In this document: positions 1-9,087 of the stretch, piece after piece
Numbering within the stretch: the first letter of the stretch is position 1
Layout of the letters: the number at the start of each line of letters is the position of its first letter
DNA from: a virus
Lineage: Duplodnaviria > Caudoviricetes
Length of the DNA: 61,352 nt
Strand: one strand, 5' to 3'
Virus record (IMG/VR): IMGVR_UViG_3300032087_000329
Location: 1 to 61,352 of that record
Notes under the pieces: model-generated
Seen by the model: only the letters and a program-made list of their open reading frames with translations
What the model was told of the DNA's origin: nothing
Databases searched by the model: none
Program-made: the position numbers and the translations under genes

Positions 1-670
1 TGACGCAAACAGTACCACTATTGCCAATAGATGTAATCTTAAGCCAGTCATTATCTAATGTACTTGATTGTGTAATGTTAAAAGTTCTTGAGTTACCAGT
101 TTGATCTAAATAGAAATATCCACCTGCATAACCCGAGCCTGTAAAATTCACTGTATTACTATCACCGTCTACATCTACATAGCTGGTACCACCGTCATAA
201 TTTATATCAAAATCAAAAGTGTTACTATCACCCTGTATAATCCAATCTAAATCTAATGTTGCAGCTAATGCAGTTGTACCATGATCTAAAGTAAAAGTAT
301 TAGAACTTCCTGTTACATCTACATTATAATTTGAATTATCTATACCATAAGTATTTGTTGGATCTCCTTGTATAGTAAAGGTATTACTATCACCATCAAA
401 CTCAAAAAAACCTGTTATAGAGTCACCATAAATATCTCCTAGAAATTTATTAGTGTCACCTATTTGGTTTATATCTAGAGTCAAAGTAAGACCATCTAAG
501 TCTAATGCTGTTAAAGAACCAGCAGAAGAGTTCAAGCCTCCTATGATGTTGCCAGATCCAAGTTGTTCTAAATCAATATTTGCTGTGGCACCTGATTGAT
601 CAACATATATTTCGTTATCAGCAGCAAAAATAAATGTAGAGGTTAGTAATAAACTAATCAGTATTTTCAT
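1..670 (-). CDS. Secreted curlin-like beta-repeat protein (CsgA/CsgB-like), 3' end truncated by the window edge
   Basis: Not in the ORF track; translated by hand from ATG 670: MKILISLLLTSTFIFAADNEIYVDQSG... It has a signal peptide and recurring curlin-like motifs (LEQLGSGN, INQIGDTN, FDGDSN, VTGSSN, IQGDSN, VDGDSN, DQTGNS). The frame stays open to position 2 and overlaps the csgG 3' end. Confidence 0.75.
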   Translation of the reverse strand, partial: MKILISLLLTSTFIFAADNEIYVDQSGATANIDLEQLGSGNIIGGLNSSAGSLTALDLDGLTLTLDINQIGDTNKFLGDIYGDSITGFFEFDGDSNTFTIQGDPTNTYGIDNSNYNVDVTGSSNTFTLDHGTTALAATLDLDWIIQGDSNTFDFDINYDGGTSYVDVDGDSNTVNFTGSGYAGGYFYLDQTGNSRTFNITQSSTLDNDWLKITSIGNSGTVCV

Positions 671-1469
671 TCTGTACCTCCCAGAAACCTTTATCATAAC
701 CTATTTTTACTATTTGCAAAACTGCCTCTTCTATAGCCCTTTGTAAAGCTAACGTTGTTGGTTCATTTTCAGCGTCTCCTGTCTCTATCTCAACCAGTTC
801 TGTTCCTGCTTCAATGAATCTAAAAACATCTTGTGATCTACCATAACTGTACAACTGTTTATTAATTAAAACGTCTATTAAGACTTCTCCAGTAGCTATA
901 GACACCATGCGTAAAGTAATGGTTATATTGTCTACACGGTATTGTTTGCTTGTTCCTATACCTAAATATCTAGCTCCTCTACCACCGCTTTTAATATTTG
1001 TATCATAGCCAATTACGGCACCTTCCATTAAAACTCCTGCAAAAAGTAATGGCATAATAGGTTTGGGTCCATCAGACTTTTCGTTTTGTTCTCTAGCAGA
1101 ACGTATAAGTTGTCTTTCTTTCGTAAGATTATCTAAGCCTACTCTTTCAGCTACTCTAAAAAATTTACCATCAGCAGTATGTTTTAAACTTCTGATTAAT
1201 AGATGACTTGGTGCTTGAGTTACAGCAGTAGAAAACAAAGCAAACTCACTATTGCTTTTACGTTGTCCTGTTTGGTCTGTAAAACTGTTCGGATAAACAG
1301 CAACTACAATAGGAACTTTAGGCTGTTTTACGTTAAGTAATTCTTTAGATTGTATTTCTAAAACACTAGGTGCTGTTTTGCTTTTTACAATAGTGTCATT
1401 TACAGATAATAAACTACAACTAGAAAGCAAAATCGCCAATAGGCAACTGTATCTCGGTAATATTTCCAT
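654..1469 (-). CDS. csgG: Curli secretion channel CsgG (outer-membrane lipoprotein)
   Basis: Lipobox LSSC; motifs VAVY..FTDQTGQRK, FSTAVTQ, ERVGLDNLTKERQLIR, GARYLGIG. Confidence 0.92.
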   Translation of the reverse strand: MEILPRYSCLLAILLSSCSLLSVNDTIVKSKTAPSVLEIQSKELLNVKQPKVPIVVAVYPNSFTDQTGQRKSNSEFALFSTAVTQAPSHLLIRSLKHTADGKFFRVAERVGLDNLTKERQLIRSAREQNEKSDGPKPIMPLLFAGVLMEGAVIGYDTNIKSGGRGARYLGIGTSKQYRVDNITITLRMVSIATGEVLIDVLINKQLYSYGRSQDVFRFIEAGTELVEIETGDAENEPTTLALQRAIEEAVLQIVKIGYDKGFWEVQNENTD

Positions 1470-1932
1470 CTGCGTCAGTTATTTTTAAAGTTATAATATC
1501 GTTTTCAATACTGTATTCTATCGTGTTTCCTTCTAAGTTCAAAACACCTGATGTACTAGGAGTTTCTCCGAATAAATTTTCTACTAGCTGTCTTGAAAGC
1601 TGAGCATAGATACGACTCTCTAAATTCCTAATAAATCTAGCTAATGTAGTATTTTCTTTATCTCTTTCTATTTGTTCTTGTAATGCTTTCAACTCTTCTT
1701 TGATAGACATCTTACGGTTGAATTCTTGGTTTTCAATTGTTAGGTAGTGTGATGAGGTATTTATACCACTAAAAGAAGGGTTTTTAAATTTATGAACTAT
1801 TTGGTCGGCTTTGATATTTTGTACAAAAATACCTATGATTAAAACTATACCTATAAGTGTCAGTGACCAAATTAATTTATCTTTTTCAAGCTGTTCTTTT
1901 TCTAATTGTTTTTTAGTCTTTTCTTTGGTCAT
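1420..1932 (-). CDS. csgF: Curli assembly protein CsgF-like
   Basis: Hydrophobic N-terminal segment, then HKFKNPSFSG...ENQE resembling the CsgF N-terminus (FxNPxFGG); adjacent to csgG; start 1932 preferred over 1950. Confidence 0.8.
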   Translation of the reverse strand: MTKEKTKKQLEKEQLEKDKLIWSLTLIGIVLIIGIFVQNIKADQIVHKFKNPSFSGINTSSHYLTIENQEFNRKMSIKEELKALQEQIERDKENTTLARFIRNLESRIYAQLSRQLVENLFGETPSTSGVLNLEGNTIEYSIENDIITLKITDADGNITEIQLPIGDFAF

Positions 1933-2263
1933 CTCTGTCCGCCTTAGCAATTTTATCTTGGTTTATTAATTGCGGAACTCCTAGTATTGTTTTTATCATA
2001 GTATCTTGTCTAATAATTTCGTTATCTAAGCTACGTACTCTATCTATTAGAGCCACTAAAATACCGTGTTGTGAGTCTAGTTTTGTTCCTAAACGTTCTT
2101 CTATGGCTGCTATTTGTGCTTCTACTTTTTCATCAAGAGTGTCCAGTTTAGCTTCCATGCCATCAACAATACGTATAACTAACTTATAGATAAACCAACC
2201 AAGACCTATTGCTGCTGCTATAGGAAAACCAACTTCCTGTATTACTGTAACTGCAGCTTCCAT
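1913..2263 (-). CDS. Membrane-anchored coiled-coil hypothetical protein
   Basis: N-terminal TM segment GFPIAAAIGLGWFIY followed by heptad-like sequence; overlaps csgF. Confidence 0.6.
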   Translation of the reverse strand: MEAAVTVIQEVGFPIAAAIGLGWFIYKLVIRIVDGMEAKLDTLDEKVEAQIAAIEERLGTKLDSQHGILVALIDRVRSLDNEIIRQDTMIKTILGVPQLINQDKIAKADRDDQRKD

Positions 2264-2443
2264 TTATACAAAACTAGCTACAACTATAGCACCTACTATA
2301 AATGGATATACTCCCCAGATTAAATTTTCTAAACGTTTAAATTTTAAAGAACCCTCATCTAAACGTTTTTCAATATATTCAAAACGTATTGCATTTTCTC
2401 TTTCAAGAGCTTCTGCTAATGTAGAGTCTTTAAAAAATTTCAT
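2264..2443 (-). CDS. Small protein with C-terminal TM helix (59 aa)
   Basis: Hand translation MKFFKDSTLAEALERENAIRF...LIWGVYPFIVGAIVVASFV; abuts both neighbours. Confidence 0.6.
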   Translation of the reverse strand: MKFFKDSTLAEALERENAIRFEYIEKRLDEGSLKFKRLENLIWGVYPFIVGAIVVASFV

Positions 2444-2601
2444 TTCTTTTTAGTTTTTTTAACTCTTTTAGTAGTCCAAGCTTCATTTACATCTGGTGTA
2501 GATTTATCATCAGCTACATAATGACCTTTTTTGTTACGAGCTCTAACTTTTACCTCTTCTGTATTAGTTAAATTACCCCATAATCTTTTAAAAAAACTCA
2601 T
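2440..2601 (-). CDS. Small basic hypothetical protein (53 aa)
   Basis: Hand translation MSFFKRLWGN...RARNKKGHYVADDKSTPDVNEAW...; ATGA overlap with the next gene. Confidence 0.6.
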   Translation of the reverse strand: MSFFKRLWGNLTNTEEVKVRARNKKGHYVADDKSTPDVNEAWTTKRVKKTKKK

Positions 2602-2602
2602 T

Positions 2603-2764
2603 TTACTTATCCTTTGCTTTTAAAACATTTAACGCACACCAATCAATTACTTTGTAAAGTTTTGATAGCCACCAATTACCTTGCGGTGTTGGTGTGATAG
2701 CTGCAATAAATGATGCAATGGCTATTATAGTTGTCACCCATGAAAATATATTTAATATTGTCAT
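2603..2764 (-). CDS. Small membrane protein (53 aa), possibly holin-like
   Basis: Hand translation MTILNIFSWVTTIIAIASFIAAITPTP...; AGGAG RBS upstream. Confidence 0.6.
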   Translation of the reverse strand: MTILNIFSWVTTIIAIASFIAAITPTPQGNWWLSKLYKVIDWCALNVLKAKDK

Positions 2765-2826
2765 TTAGTTTCTCCTTTAGTTTAATCTGCATTTACAGAT
2801 TTAATATTATTATAGTGTAAAAACGG

Positions 2827-3324
2827 TTAATCGCCTATAGCTACGTCAAAAGCTAAAACATATCTATCTATTTTAGGTATTCCTTTTTCAGCTTGATGAT
2901 ATAGCCTTGAATCAAATACATTCCAACAATTTATTTCAGGTCTAATTTTATTACTATCGAAAAACTTAGTACCAAAATTTGTTTTAGTTAAATAAGCTAT
3001 TGCTGATATGTTGTAGTTTTGACAATTATCTGCATGGTTATGCCTTATTGAGTCTATTTCTTCGCCTGCTTTATTTAAAAATACCCAACATTTTTTATGT
3101 AAAATATTTGGTCGATAGCCTAAATATTTAAATACAGTAATATCAATAGATTTATTTAGTTCTTTAAAGTTTTTATATAAAGTTCCATCAGATTGTATTC
3201 TTGCGTGTTCGCATTTTGGATAGTTTTTACAACAAGGATTGTTTTTAATAAAAGTATTAAGTTTTTTTAAGAAAATTTTATTGTTTATATTTTCTAAAAT
3301 ATCACAATAATAAGTTTCATACAT
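2827..3324 (-). CDS. Putative 2OG-Fe(II) oxygenase-fold protein
   Basis: HNH...H...RYVLAFD pattern; last gene of the oxygenase cluster. Confidence 0.55.
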   Translation of the reverse strand: MYETYYCDILENINNKIFLKKLNTFIKNNPCCKNYPKCEHARIQSDGTLYKNFKELNKSIDITVFKYLGYRPNILHKKCWVFLNKAGEEIDSIRHNHADNCQNYNISAIAYLTKTNFGTKFFDSNKIRPEINCWNVFDSRLYHQAEKGIPKIDRYVLAFDVAIGD

Positions 3325-3920
3325 TATTGTTTAAAAAAAGCTGGTAATCCTAACATGGGTCTAGTATCAAATTTATTTTGTTTAGCGTTTTTACCACTCG
3401 CATCATTGTAGTGTAAAAAAACTTGTGCACAATCTTTACCTGTAAATGGCTCACGCCAATGCTCTAAATCGCAACCACGATACATAAGCATATCGCCTGG
3501 ATTTAAGTTTACTTTAATATCAGGTTCTAAATATATTGGCCATGGATCTCCACCTAAGTTCATAGTAGTTGATATTTCGCATGAAGGTCTATCTTTGTGT
3601 CGTTTTAATTCATCACCTTTTTTATAAATTCTTGCGTACGAATAAGTTTCTATTAACGTTACACCTGCTTCTTTTTCCATAATTGGTTTAACTTTTTGTA
3701 ATAAAGTTTCCATAACTATATCTGCATAATGTGAATATGTTTCGGGTATTTGTGGATCATTCCATACACCAAAGTATTCGGTAAACTGGGATATATATTT
3801 TTCATCAAATAAATGTCTTGCCACCATTCTTTTATTTAAAAAATACTGATAACAAAAATCTGCTAATTCTTTTGATACAGCATTTTTAATTATTTGGTAT
3901 TTATCTTGTTTAAAACTCAT
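3324..3920 (-). CDS. 2OG-Fe(II) oxygenase-like protein
   Basis: YSYARIY...RHKDRPSCEIS...HWREPF. Confidence 0.75.
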   Translation of the reverse strand: MSFKQDKYQIIKNAVSKELADFCYQYFLNKRMVARHLFDEKYISQFTEYFGVWNDPQIPETYSHYADIVMETLLQKVKPIMEKEAGVTLIETYSYARIYKKGDELKRHKDRPSCEISTTMNLGGDPWPIYLEPDIKVNLNPGDMLMYRGCDLEHWREPFTGKDCAQVFLHYNDASGKNAKQNKFDTRPMLGLPAFFKQ

Positions 3921-4465
3921 AAAAAATTTGCAACTATAACTATTCTTTTTTCATCTATATCTGGACATTCTTGATAATGTTCGAGGTTGCCGTCAAACAT
4001 AATGACACTATCTTCTTTTGGATTTGAATAAAATTTTTGATTATCTTCTCCTAATACTATTGTTCTACCTTGTGAAAATTTTGTTAAATAAACTATAACG
4101 ACTTTATGGGGAAAGTTTAAATCTATATGCGGTACGCTAGATTTAACGGAACTATGTGGTGTCATGTTTATATTCATACGATACATAACTTCTATGTCAA
4201 TATTGTTAAAATCAAGTATTTCTTTCAAAATAAAATAACATTCATCAAAATAGGTAGATACTCTTTCAGGTATAGCAGGAACTTGTTTACCATAACTTTG
4301 ATGTGTTGGTCTGCCCAATAAACAATGAGCAAAAAAACCCATGTCTTCTTCATCTGTATCAGAAACAGTTTTATCAAGGTAATACCAAGGAAAGTTGTTG
4401 CTTAATACTAAATTTTTTAAATTTTTATAATTTTCTGTAACGGGATTTTTTAGTTCTGTAATCAT
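3917..4465 (-). CDS. 2OG-Fe(II) oxygenase-like protein
   Basis: PHID...FDGNLEH...KRIVIVAN (HxD...H...R). Confidence 0.65.
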   Translation of the reverse strand: MITELKNPVTENYKNLKNLVLSNNFPWYYLDKTVSDTDEEDMGFFAHCLLGRPTHQSYGKQVPAIPERVSTYFDECYFILKEILDFNNIDIEVMYRMNINMTPHSSVKSSVPHIDLNFPHKVVIVYLTKFSQGRTIVLGEDNQKFYSNPKEDSVIMFDGNLEHYQECPDIDEKRIVIVANFL

Positions 4466-5082
4466 TTAAATGGATATCCTAAATTCCAACACACTAAAGA
4501 GTGTCTTATTCCTTTTGTAACTGGCTTTACTCTATGCCAAACAAAAGAAGGAAAAACAATTATACTACCTTTTTCTCTTATTTCTTTACATATTCTTGGC
4601 TGAGAACCTTTGTCTGTATTTCTAAAATCAAACTCTAGATCGCCACCTTCATATTCTTTAGGATCGGTAAGTGATACGGTCATACTTAGTTTTCTTAGCT
4701 TACCATGTACATTTTGATTTTCTGGTTGATCGTATGGTTCTTCATGTGAATCACAATGCCAGTCATAAAATTGATCTTTTTTATACTCAGTAAATTGACA
4801 AGCCTCTGACCAATCCCATTGAAAATTCCATCCAGCACTTGCATTTGCTTGATAAATATAGGGTTGTATTTCCCTATATATCCATCGGTCTGACATCCAA
4901 ACAACATCAGACTTGCGTTTCTTTTGTATATTTTTTAGTTCTGTATTAGATAGATTTTCTTTTTGTGAATTACCTGTAAGAGCTATTTCTTTATTTTGCT
5001 CTTCACCATAACGCACTATTTCATCACATATTCTTTCTGGTATAGCTGACTGAAAGTACCAGTAATACCATTTTAGATTCAT
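4462..5082 (-). CDS. 2OG-Fe(II) oxygenase (prolyl 4-hydroxylase/PKHD-like)
   Basis: YDWHCD, RKLSMTVSL, YEGGDLEF, FPSFVWHRVKPVTKGIRHSLVCW. Confidence 0.88.
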   Translation of the reverse strand: MNLKWYYWYFQSAIPERICDEIVRYGEEQNKEIALTGNSQKENLSNTELKNIQKKRKSDVVWMSDRWIYREIQPYIYQANASAGWNFQWDWSEACQFTEYKKDQFYDWHCDSHEEPYDQPENQNVHGKLRKLSMTVSLTDPKEYEGGDLEFDFRNTDKGSQPRICKEIREKGSIIVFPSFVWHRVKPVTKGIRHSLVCWNLGYPFK

Positions 5083-5094
5083 TTTATATGGTGG

Positions 5095-6105
5095 TTAATT
5101 TGTCCAAGTACCAGCTTTTACAAAATCGTAAACTTCATCTAAATTCCAAACTCCTGAAGCTCCAGATACAAAATCTACTTCAGGTTCTTTAGTTATAACC
5201 ACACCAGAACCACCATTCGTGCTTGAACCACTTGGTGCAGGTGTTGCTGCTCCTGCTCCTCCAGCTCCAACAGTAATAGTATAATTTGTACCACCTACAA
5301 CAGTAAGTGTGGATTCAGCTGATGCTCCACCTCCAGAGTTTTCTCCTGGCACAGAACATCTATAACCTCCAGCTCCACCACCGCCACCAAAGTTTTGGAA
5401 GCCAGTAATACCATCTGTCCAACCGCCACCGCCACCGCCAGTATTAGCTGTACCGCTAGTGCCTGTATAACCTTGGTTGCCTCCATTTCCACCACCACCA
5501 GATCCACCAGAACCTGTTTGTAATGGAGAATTAACATAGTTGCTTGAACCACCGCCACCACCTGCTCTAGTCACGGGTGATCCTGTTATTGATGATGCGA
5601 CACCAGCACCACCGTCTCCACTTTTTCTAGGTGGTGAATTATGCGGTTGATGGTTTTGTCCTACGGCACCTGCACCGCCACCGCCACCAGAAAGGTCTGC
5701 TCCTTGATGAGCCCCTCTTGTACCAGCACCTCCATTAAAACCTTGACCAGCTGTTCCAGTACCAGTAGCGTAACGACCTCCTCCGCCACCAGAACCTCCA
5801 GGTTGTGTTCCAGGATTAGGTAGAAAATAACCTGTATCACCACCACCTCCTCCAGTTGAAGTAACAGTTGTTATAGGTGCTCCTGCTATAGAAGAGTCTC
5901 CGCCTCTTGAACCAACAGTAAATGTTGGAGCTACAGGATGACCTCCACCACCACCGCCACCTGCGATAATAAGGTATTGTAGTTCTGTTGTGTGTGTTGC
6001 TGTAGTTAAAGTACCACTAGAATTAAAAGTAGTTATTACTTCACTTTGAGTGCTTGTTGTTGGGTCATTATCTGGACCAATTATTCCACCATTACCAATT
6101 GACAT
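5095..6105 (-). CDS. Glycine-rich tail fibre/receptor-binding protein
   Basis: Many poly-Gly tracts; YLIIAGGG, GTANTGGGGG, GGSGVVI; C-terminal SGVWNL..VY; start 6105 preferred over 6123. Confidence 0.75.
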   Translation of the reverse strand: MSIGNGGIIGPDNDPTTSTQSEVITTFNSSGTLTTATHTTELQYLIIAGGGGGGGHPVAPTFTVGSRGGDSSIAGAPITTVTSTGGGGGDTGYFLPNPGTQPGGSGGGGGRYATGTGTAGQGFNGGAGTRGAHQGADLSGGGGGAGAVGQNHQPHNSPPRKSGDGGAGVASSITGSPVTRAGGGGGSSNYVNSPLQTGSGGSGGGGNGGNQGYTGTSGTANTGGGGGGWTDGITGFQNFGGGGGAGGYRCSVPGENSGGGASAESTLTVVGGTNYTITVGAGGAGAATPAPSGSSTNGGSGVVITKEPEVDFVSGASGVWNLDEVYDFVKAGTWTN

Positions 6106-6107
6106 AA

Positions 6108-6566
6108 TTAAATTTCTCTCCATTCGAGACTACTTGCATTCCACACATAGTCTGTTTCTATTTCTAAATCTCTACCTGTATAAGTTTTACCCCTCCATTC
6201 TTGATTAGGTTCGTACCATGAAATTTCAATAGTATTAGAGTTTATTTCTGTAACATTAGGAAGAGTTACAGGTGCCTGCCAATCATCATTGGTGTCTAAT
6301 GTCCAAGAATTAAAAGGTTTTGGAGAAATAAATTTATCTTTTGTTGCATCATAGATAAATCCTATACCTGCATACTTTTTGCGTTGATTATTGTTAAAAG
6401 AAGTTTGTTTCCAAGCGACACCATTTTCTGAGTGTGGTATTAAATTAGAAACGTAAGTTTCAGCTTCGGATGAATAATCACCACCATTAGCGTCTATATC
6501 ATCATTAGATATTACAACTACTTGGATTACTTCGTTATTGCTATCAAGTTCTGCAAAGTGAGCCAT
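6108..6566 (-). CDS. Tail fibre-associated/assembly protein
   Basis: MAHFAELD...WKQTS.N...YAGIG..YD...F..PKPF.SW family typically found beside Gly-rich fibres. Confidence 0.65.
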   Translation of the reverse strand: MAHFAELDSNNEVIQVVVISNDDIDANGGDYSSEAETYVSNLIPHSENGVAWKQTSFNNNQRKKYAGIGFIYDATKDKFISPKPFNSWTLDTNDDWQAPVTLPNVTEINSNTIEISWYEPNQEWRGKTYTGRDLEIETDYVWNASSLEWREI

Positions 6567-6577
6567 ATATAAACTCC

Positions 6578-6937
6578 TTACGCATCATCTAATATTTCAC
6601 CAGAAACTGTGTATTCTAAATCATTATTAGCACTACCCTGTATTTTCAATATATCTGTTTCATCTAAATAAAGAGTAGTAGATATTAAAGATAATGTTGA
6701 GTCTGCTGGTACTGAAATAGTTGATGCTATAGCTCTTGATGAGCTACCATTGTCTGTTGATATTGAAACACTTATATCTGCTGCATTTGTACCATCTATG
6801 TTTGAAATTAATATTGTGTTTATTTTATACAGTTTATCCGCAGCTACATCTATAATGTCCTGATTTGAAGTTGTAACTGCACCATTAATTGTGAATGGTA
6901 AAATGGATGTTACGTTTACTATATTTACTGATGCCAT
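6578..6937 (-). CDS. Small beta-rich virion/tail protein
   Basis: NIDGTNAADI...STISVPAD..LYLDETD; located in the tail module. Confidence 0.6.
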   Translation of the reverse strand: MASVNIVNVTSILPFTINGAVTTSNQDIIDVAADKLYKINTILISNIDGTNAADISVSISTDNGSSSRAIASTISVPADSTLSLISTTLYLDETDILKIQGSANNDLEYTVSGEILDDA

Positions 6938-6951
6938 AATTGTCTCCTATA

Positions 6952-7971
6952 TTATCCGAATACTATAGCCATAGCAATGGCTTTACCTGTTGAGGCTTTT
7001 GTATCTAGTTGAGTTTGTATGTTGGAAGTTACTCCGTCACTAAAGTTTAATTCTGCTGCTGTTGCAGTAACAGTAGTGCTTGCAATAGATAAAGCATCTG
7101 TTTCTAATGTACCATCTATATCTACATCTCCTGAGATGTCTAATTCTGTTGCAATAATTTTATTGTTAAATGTTGCCGCACCTGCCTCTGACATATCAAG
7201 GGATAGGGCTGTAATAGTAGCACCGCCATCATTGCCTTTGAATTTAATATCATAGTCTTGTTGAGAAGATGCAATATTCAAATCTCCATTTTCAAGACCT
7301 AATCTACCCATAGCTGTGCCACCATCTTTTAGATTAATATCTGCACCATCAGCATCAAGATTAATATCTCCTGCTACATCTATAGTTAAGTCACCACTTG
7401 ATAAATCTATTTCTGTTCCGTCTATGGTTATGTTGTCTATAGAAACACCTGCATCTGCTGTTACAGCACCTGTAACTCCTAGTGTTCCACCTATAGTTGC
7501 GTTACCGCTACCAGCTAAAACATCTACTGTTGTAGTTCCTGCTAGGTTTAAATCGGTAAAAGCGTCTACTATTGCTGCTCCAGAACCTGCTCCGTCTGAA
7601 TAAACAGCTTTTACATGACCTGCTGGTATGGTGACGTTTGCACCACTACCTTGAGAAATAATTATATTTTGTGAGCCTGTGGTTGCGTTTTCAATAAACC
7701 ACATTTTAGAAACTGTGTTTGGACCTAACGTAATAGTACAAGCTGAATCAAGTGTACCTGTGTATTTTAAAAATATTGATCTGCCTGGGTCAGTAGAACC
7801 GTCTGCTATTGTGGTTGTGTGCGTATCTGCGTTAGTAGTTATAGCTTCTGTGCCAAAACTAAAAGCTTCAGCGATTAGCTCTAAATTTGTGTTTGTACTT
7901 GTTCCCCAAGTACCAGCCTCATCACCTGTTGCGATTTCTTTTAGCCTTAAATCATTTACGTATGTTGCCAT
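6952..7971 (-). CDS. Tail fibre/tail structural protein
   Basis: N-terminal GDEAGTWGTSTNTNL; Thr/Gly/Asp-rich beta repeats; C-terminal GKAIAMAIVFG. Confidence 0.7.
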   Translation of the reverse strand: MATYVNDLRLKEIATGDEAGTWGTSTNTNLELIAEAFSFGTEAITTNADTHTTTIADGSTDPGRSIFLKYTGTLDSACTITLGPNTVSKMWFIENATTGSQNIIISQGSGANVTIPAGHVKAVYSDGAGSGAAIVDAFTDLNLAGTTTVDVLAGSGNATIGGTLGVTGAVTADAGVSIDNITIDGTEIDLSSGDLTIDVAGDINLDADGADINLKDGGTAMGRLGLENGDLNIASSQQDYDIKFKGNDGGATITALSLDMSEAGAATFNNKIIATELDISGDVDIDGTLETDALSIASTTVTATAAELNFSDGVTSNIQTQLDTKASTGKAIAMAIVFG

Positions 7972-7991
7972 GTTTTTCTCCGTGCAAATTT

Positions 7992-8020
7992 ATTATAAGT
8001 TGTTTTTCCATAAAAGTTAA
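7992..8020 (-). promoter_or_regulatory. Sigma70-type promoter
   Basis: TTAACT-N17-TATAAT upstream of the 7971 start. Confidence 0.55.
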
Positions 8021-8655
8021 GCGACTTCTTCCCAGTTGGGAGTTTGTGTATCATCTACAAGACCCCATACTAATACATCGGTTACAGATCCTGTCGCTGA
8101 AACCCCTGTTATATCTATGTTTGCTTTACAAACTGTAGTGACTGTTCCTAAAGAAGCAGTACAAGAAACACCATCTATAAAAACGTTATTTACTGTACTG
8201 ATTGAACTTGTACCTAGAGCTGACGTACCACTAAAACCAGAAACTGATAAATTATTATTACTAACTGGTGAAGCACTTCCTAAAAGTCCCTCAGCGAAAT
8301 CTAAAGAAACATCTAAATTATTGTTTGTTGATAAAGTTGCCGTACCTAAAGCTGATGTACTAGCTAAACCATCTACAGAAATATTATTTACTGAAGTTGT
8401 TGTGGCTGTACCTAAATTTGCTGCAGCTAATTGAGTTGCAGGAGTTACATTAGCGTCAGCTTGTATAGTAACAGTTACACTACCTAAACTGGCAGTAACT
8501 CCAGCTACTGATGCTATAGCCTGAGCATTTACTGTTGCAACTGGTGTACCTACTGATCCTGCTGATGGTGCGGTTATTTCAAGAGGAACTGCTGATTGAC
8601 CGTAATCAAGTTGTCCCCAAGTTCCCCGTCCCCAGCCATTTAGGTACTGAGACAT
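8017..8655 (-). CDS. Virion structural protein with repeats
   Basis: GWGRGTWG N-terminus; repeated TSALGT/TASLG motifs. Confidence 0.6.
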   Translation of the reverse strand: MSQYLNGWGRGTWGQLDYGQSAVPLEITAPSAGSVGTPVATVNAQAIASVAGVTASLGSVTVTIQADANVTPATQLAAANLGTATTTSVNNISVDGLASTSALGTATLSTNNNLDVSLDFAEGLLGSASPVSNNNLSVSGFSGTSALGTSSISTVNNVFIDGVSCTASLGTVTTVCKANIDITGVSATGSVTDVLVWGLVDDTQTPNWEEVA

Positions 8656-8656
8656 T

Positions 8657-9085
8657 TTAGGCTATACGTATAATCGCTGTGCTTGCTGCTGCTGCTGGGA
8701 AAACTATAGTAAAGTCACCTGCGGTTGATGTTTTGTCACCACCAAAGTCGATTGCTGCTACTGCTTTATCACTATTGGTGCTATTATAAATAAGACAACC
8801 TCTAGCAGTAACCGTAGCGTTACTAAAAGTAAGATCAGCGAAATCTGTGAACCCAGTAGTACCACTTGAAGTAGGTGCAACATTAGTAAGTGCTCCTCCT
8901 CCTGCAGTATAGTTAGTTCCACTAGCTTCATTAGAAGTTGAGTACGCAGTTGTACTTTCTCCCAGTGACGCTGAACTAGTGAATAAAGCTAGTTTAAAAC
9001 TATTACCGCCAGAAGCAGAAAAATTATGCGTGGCTTCTAAAAGTTCTTTTTTAAAACTAGTGGTTAATGTTGATGTAATTGCCAT
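8657..9085 (-). CDS. Virion structural protein
   Basis: TSFKKELL...FKLALFT...ARGCLIYN...DFGGDKTST; phage structural-module family. Confidence 0.65.
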   Translation of the reverse strand: MAITSTLTTSFKKELLEATHNFSASGGNSFKLALFTSSASLGESTTAYSTSNEASGTNYTAGGGALTNVAPTSSGTTGFTDFADLTFSNATVTARGCLIYNSTNSDKAVAAIDFGGDKTSTAGDFTIVFPAAAASTAIIRIA

Positions 9086-9087
9086 TT

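Noticed and set aside
1-1932. Host chromosomal DNA flanking a prophage
   Set aside because: The curli and cyclase genes are translationally coupled to phage-type genes and similar in composition; no integrase, att site or housekeeping gene was seen
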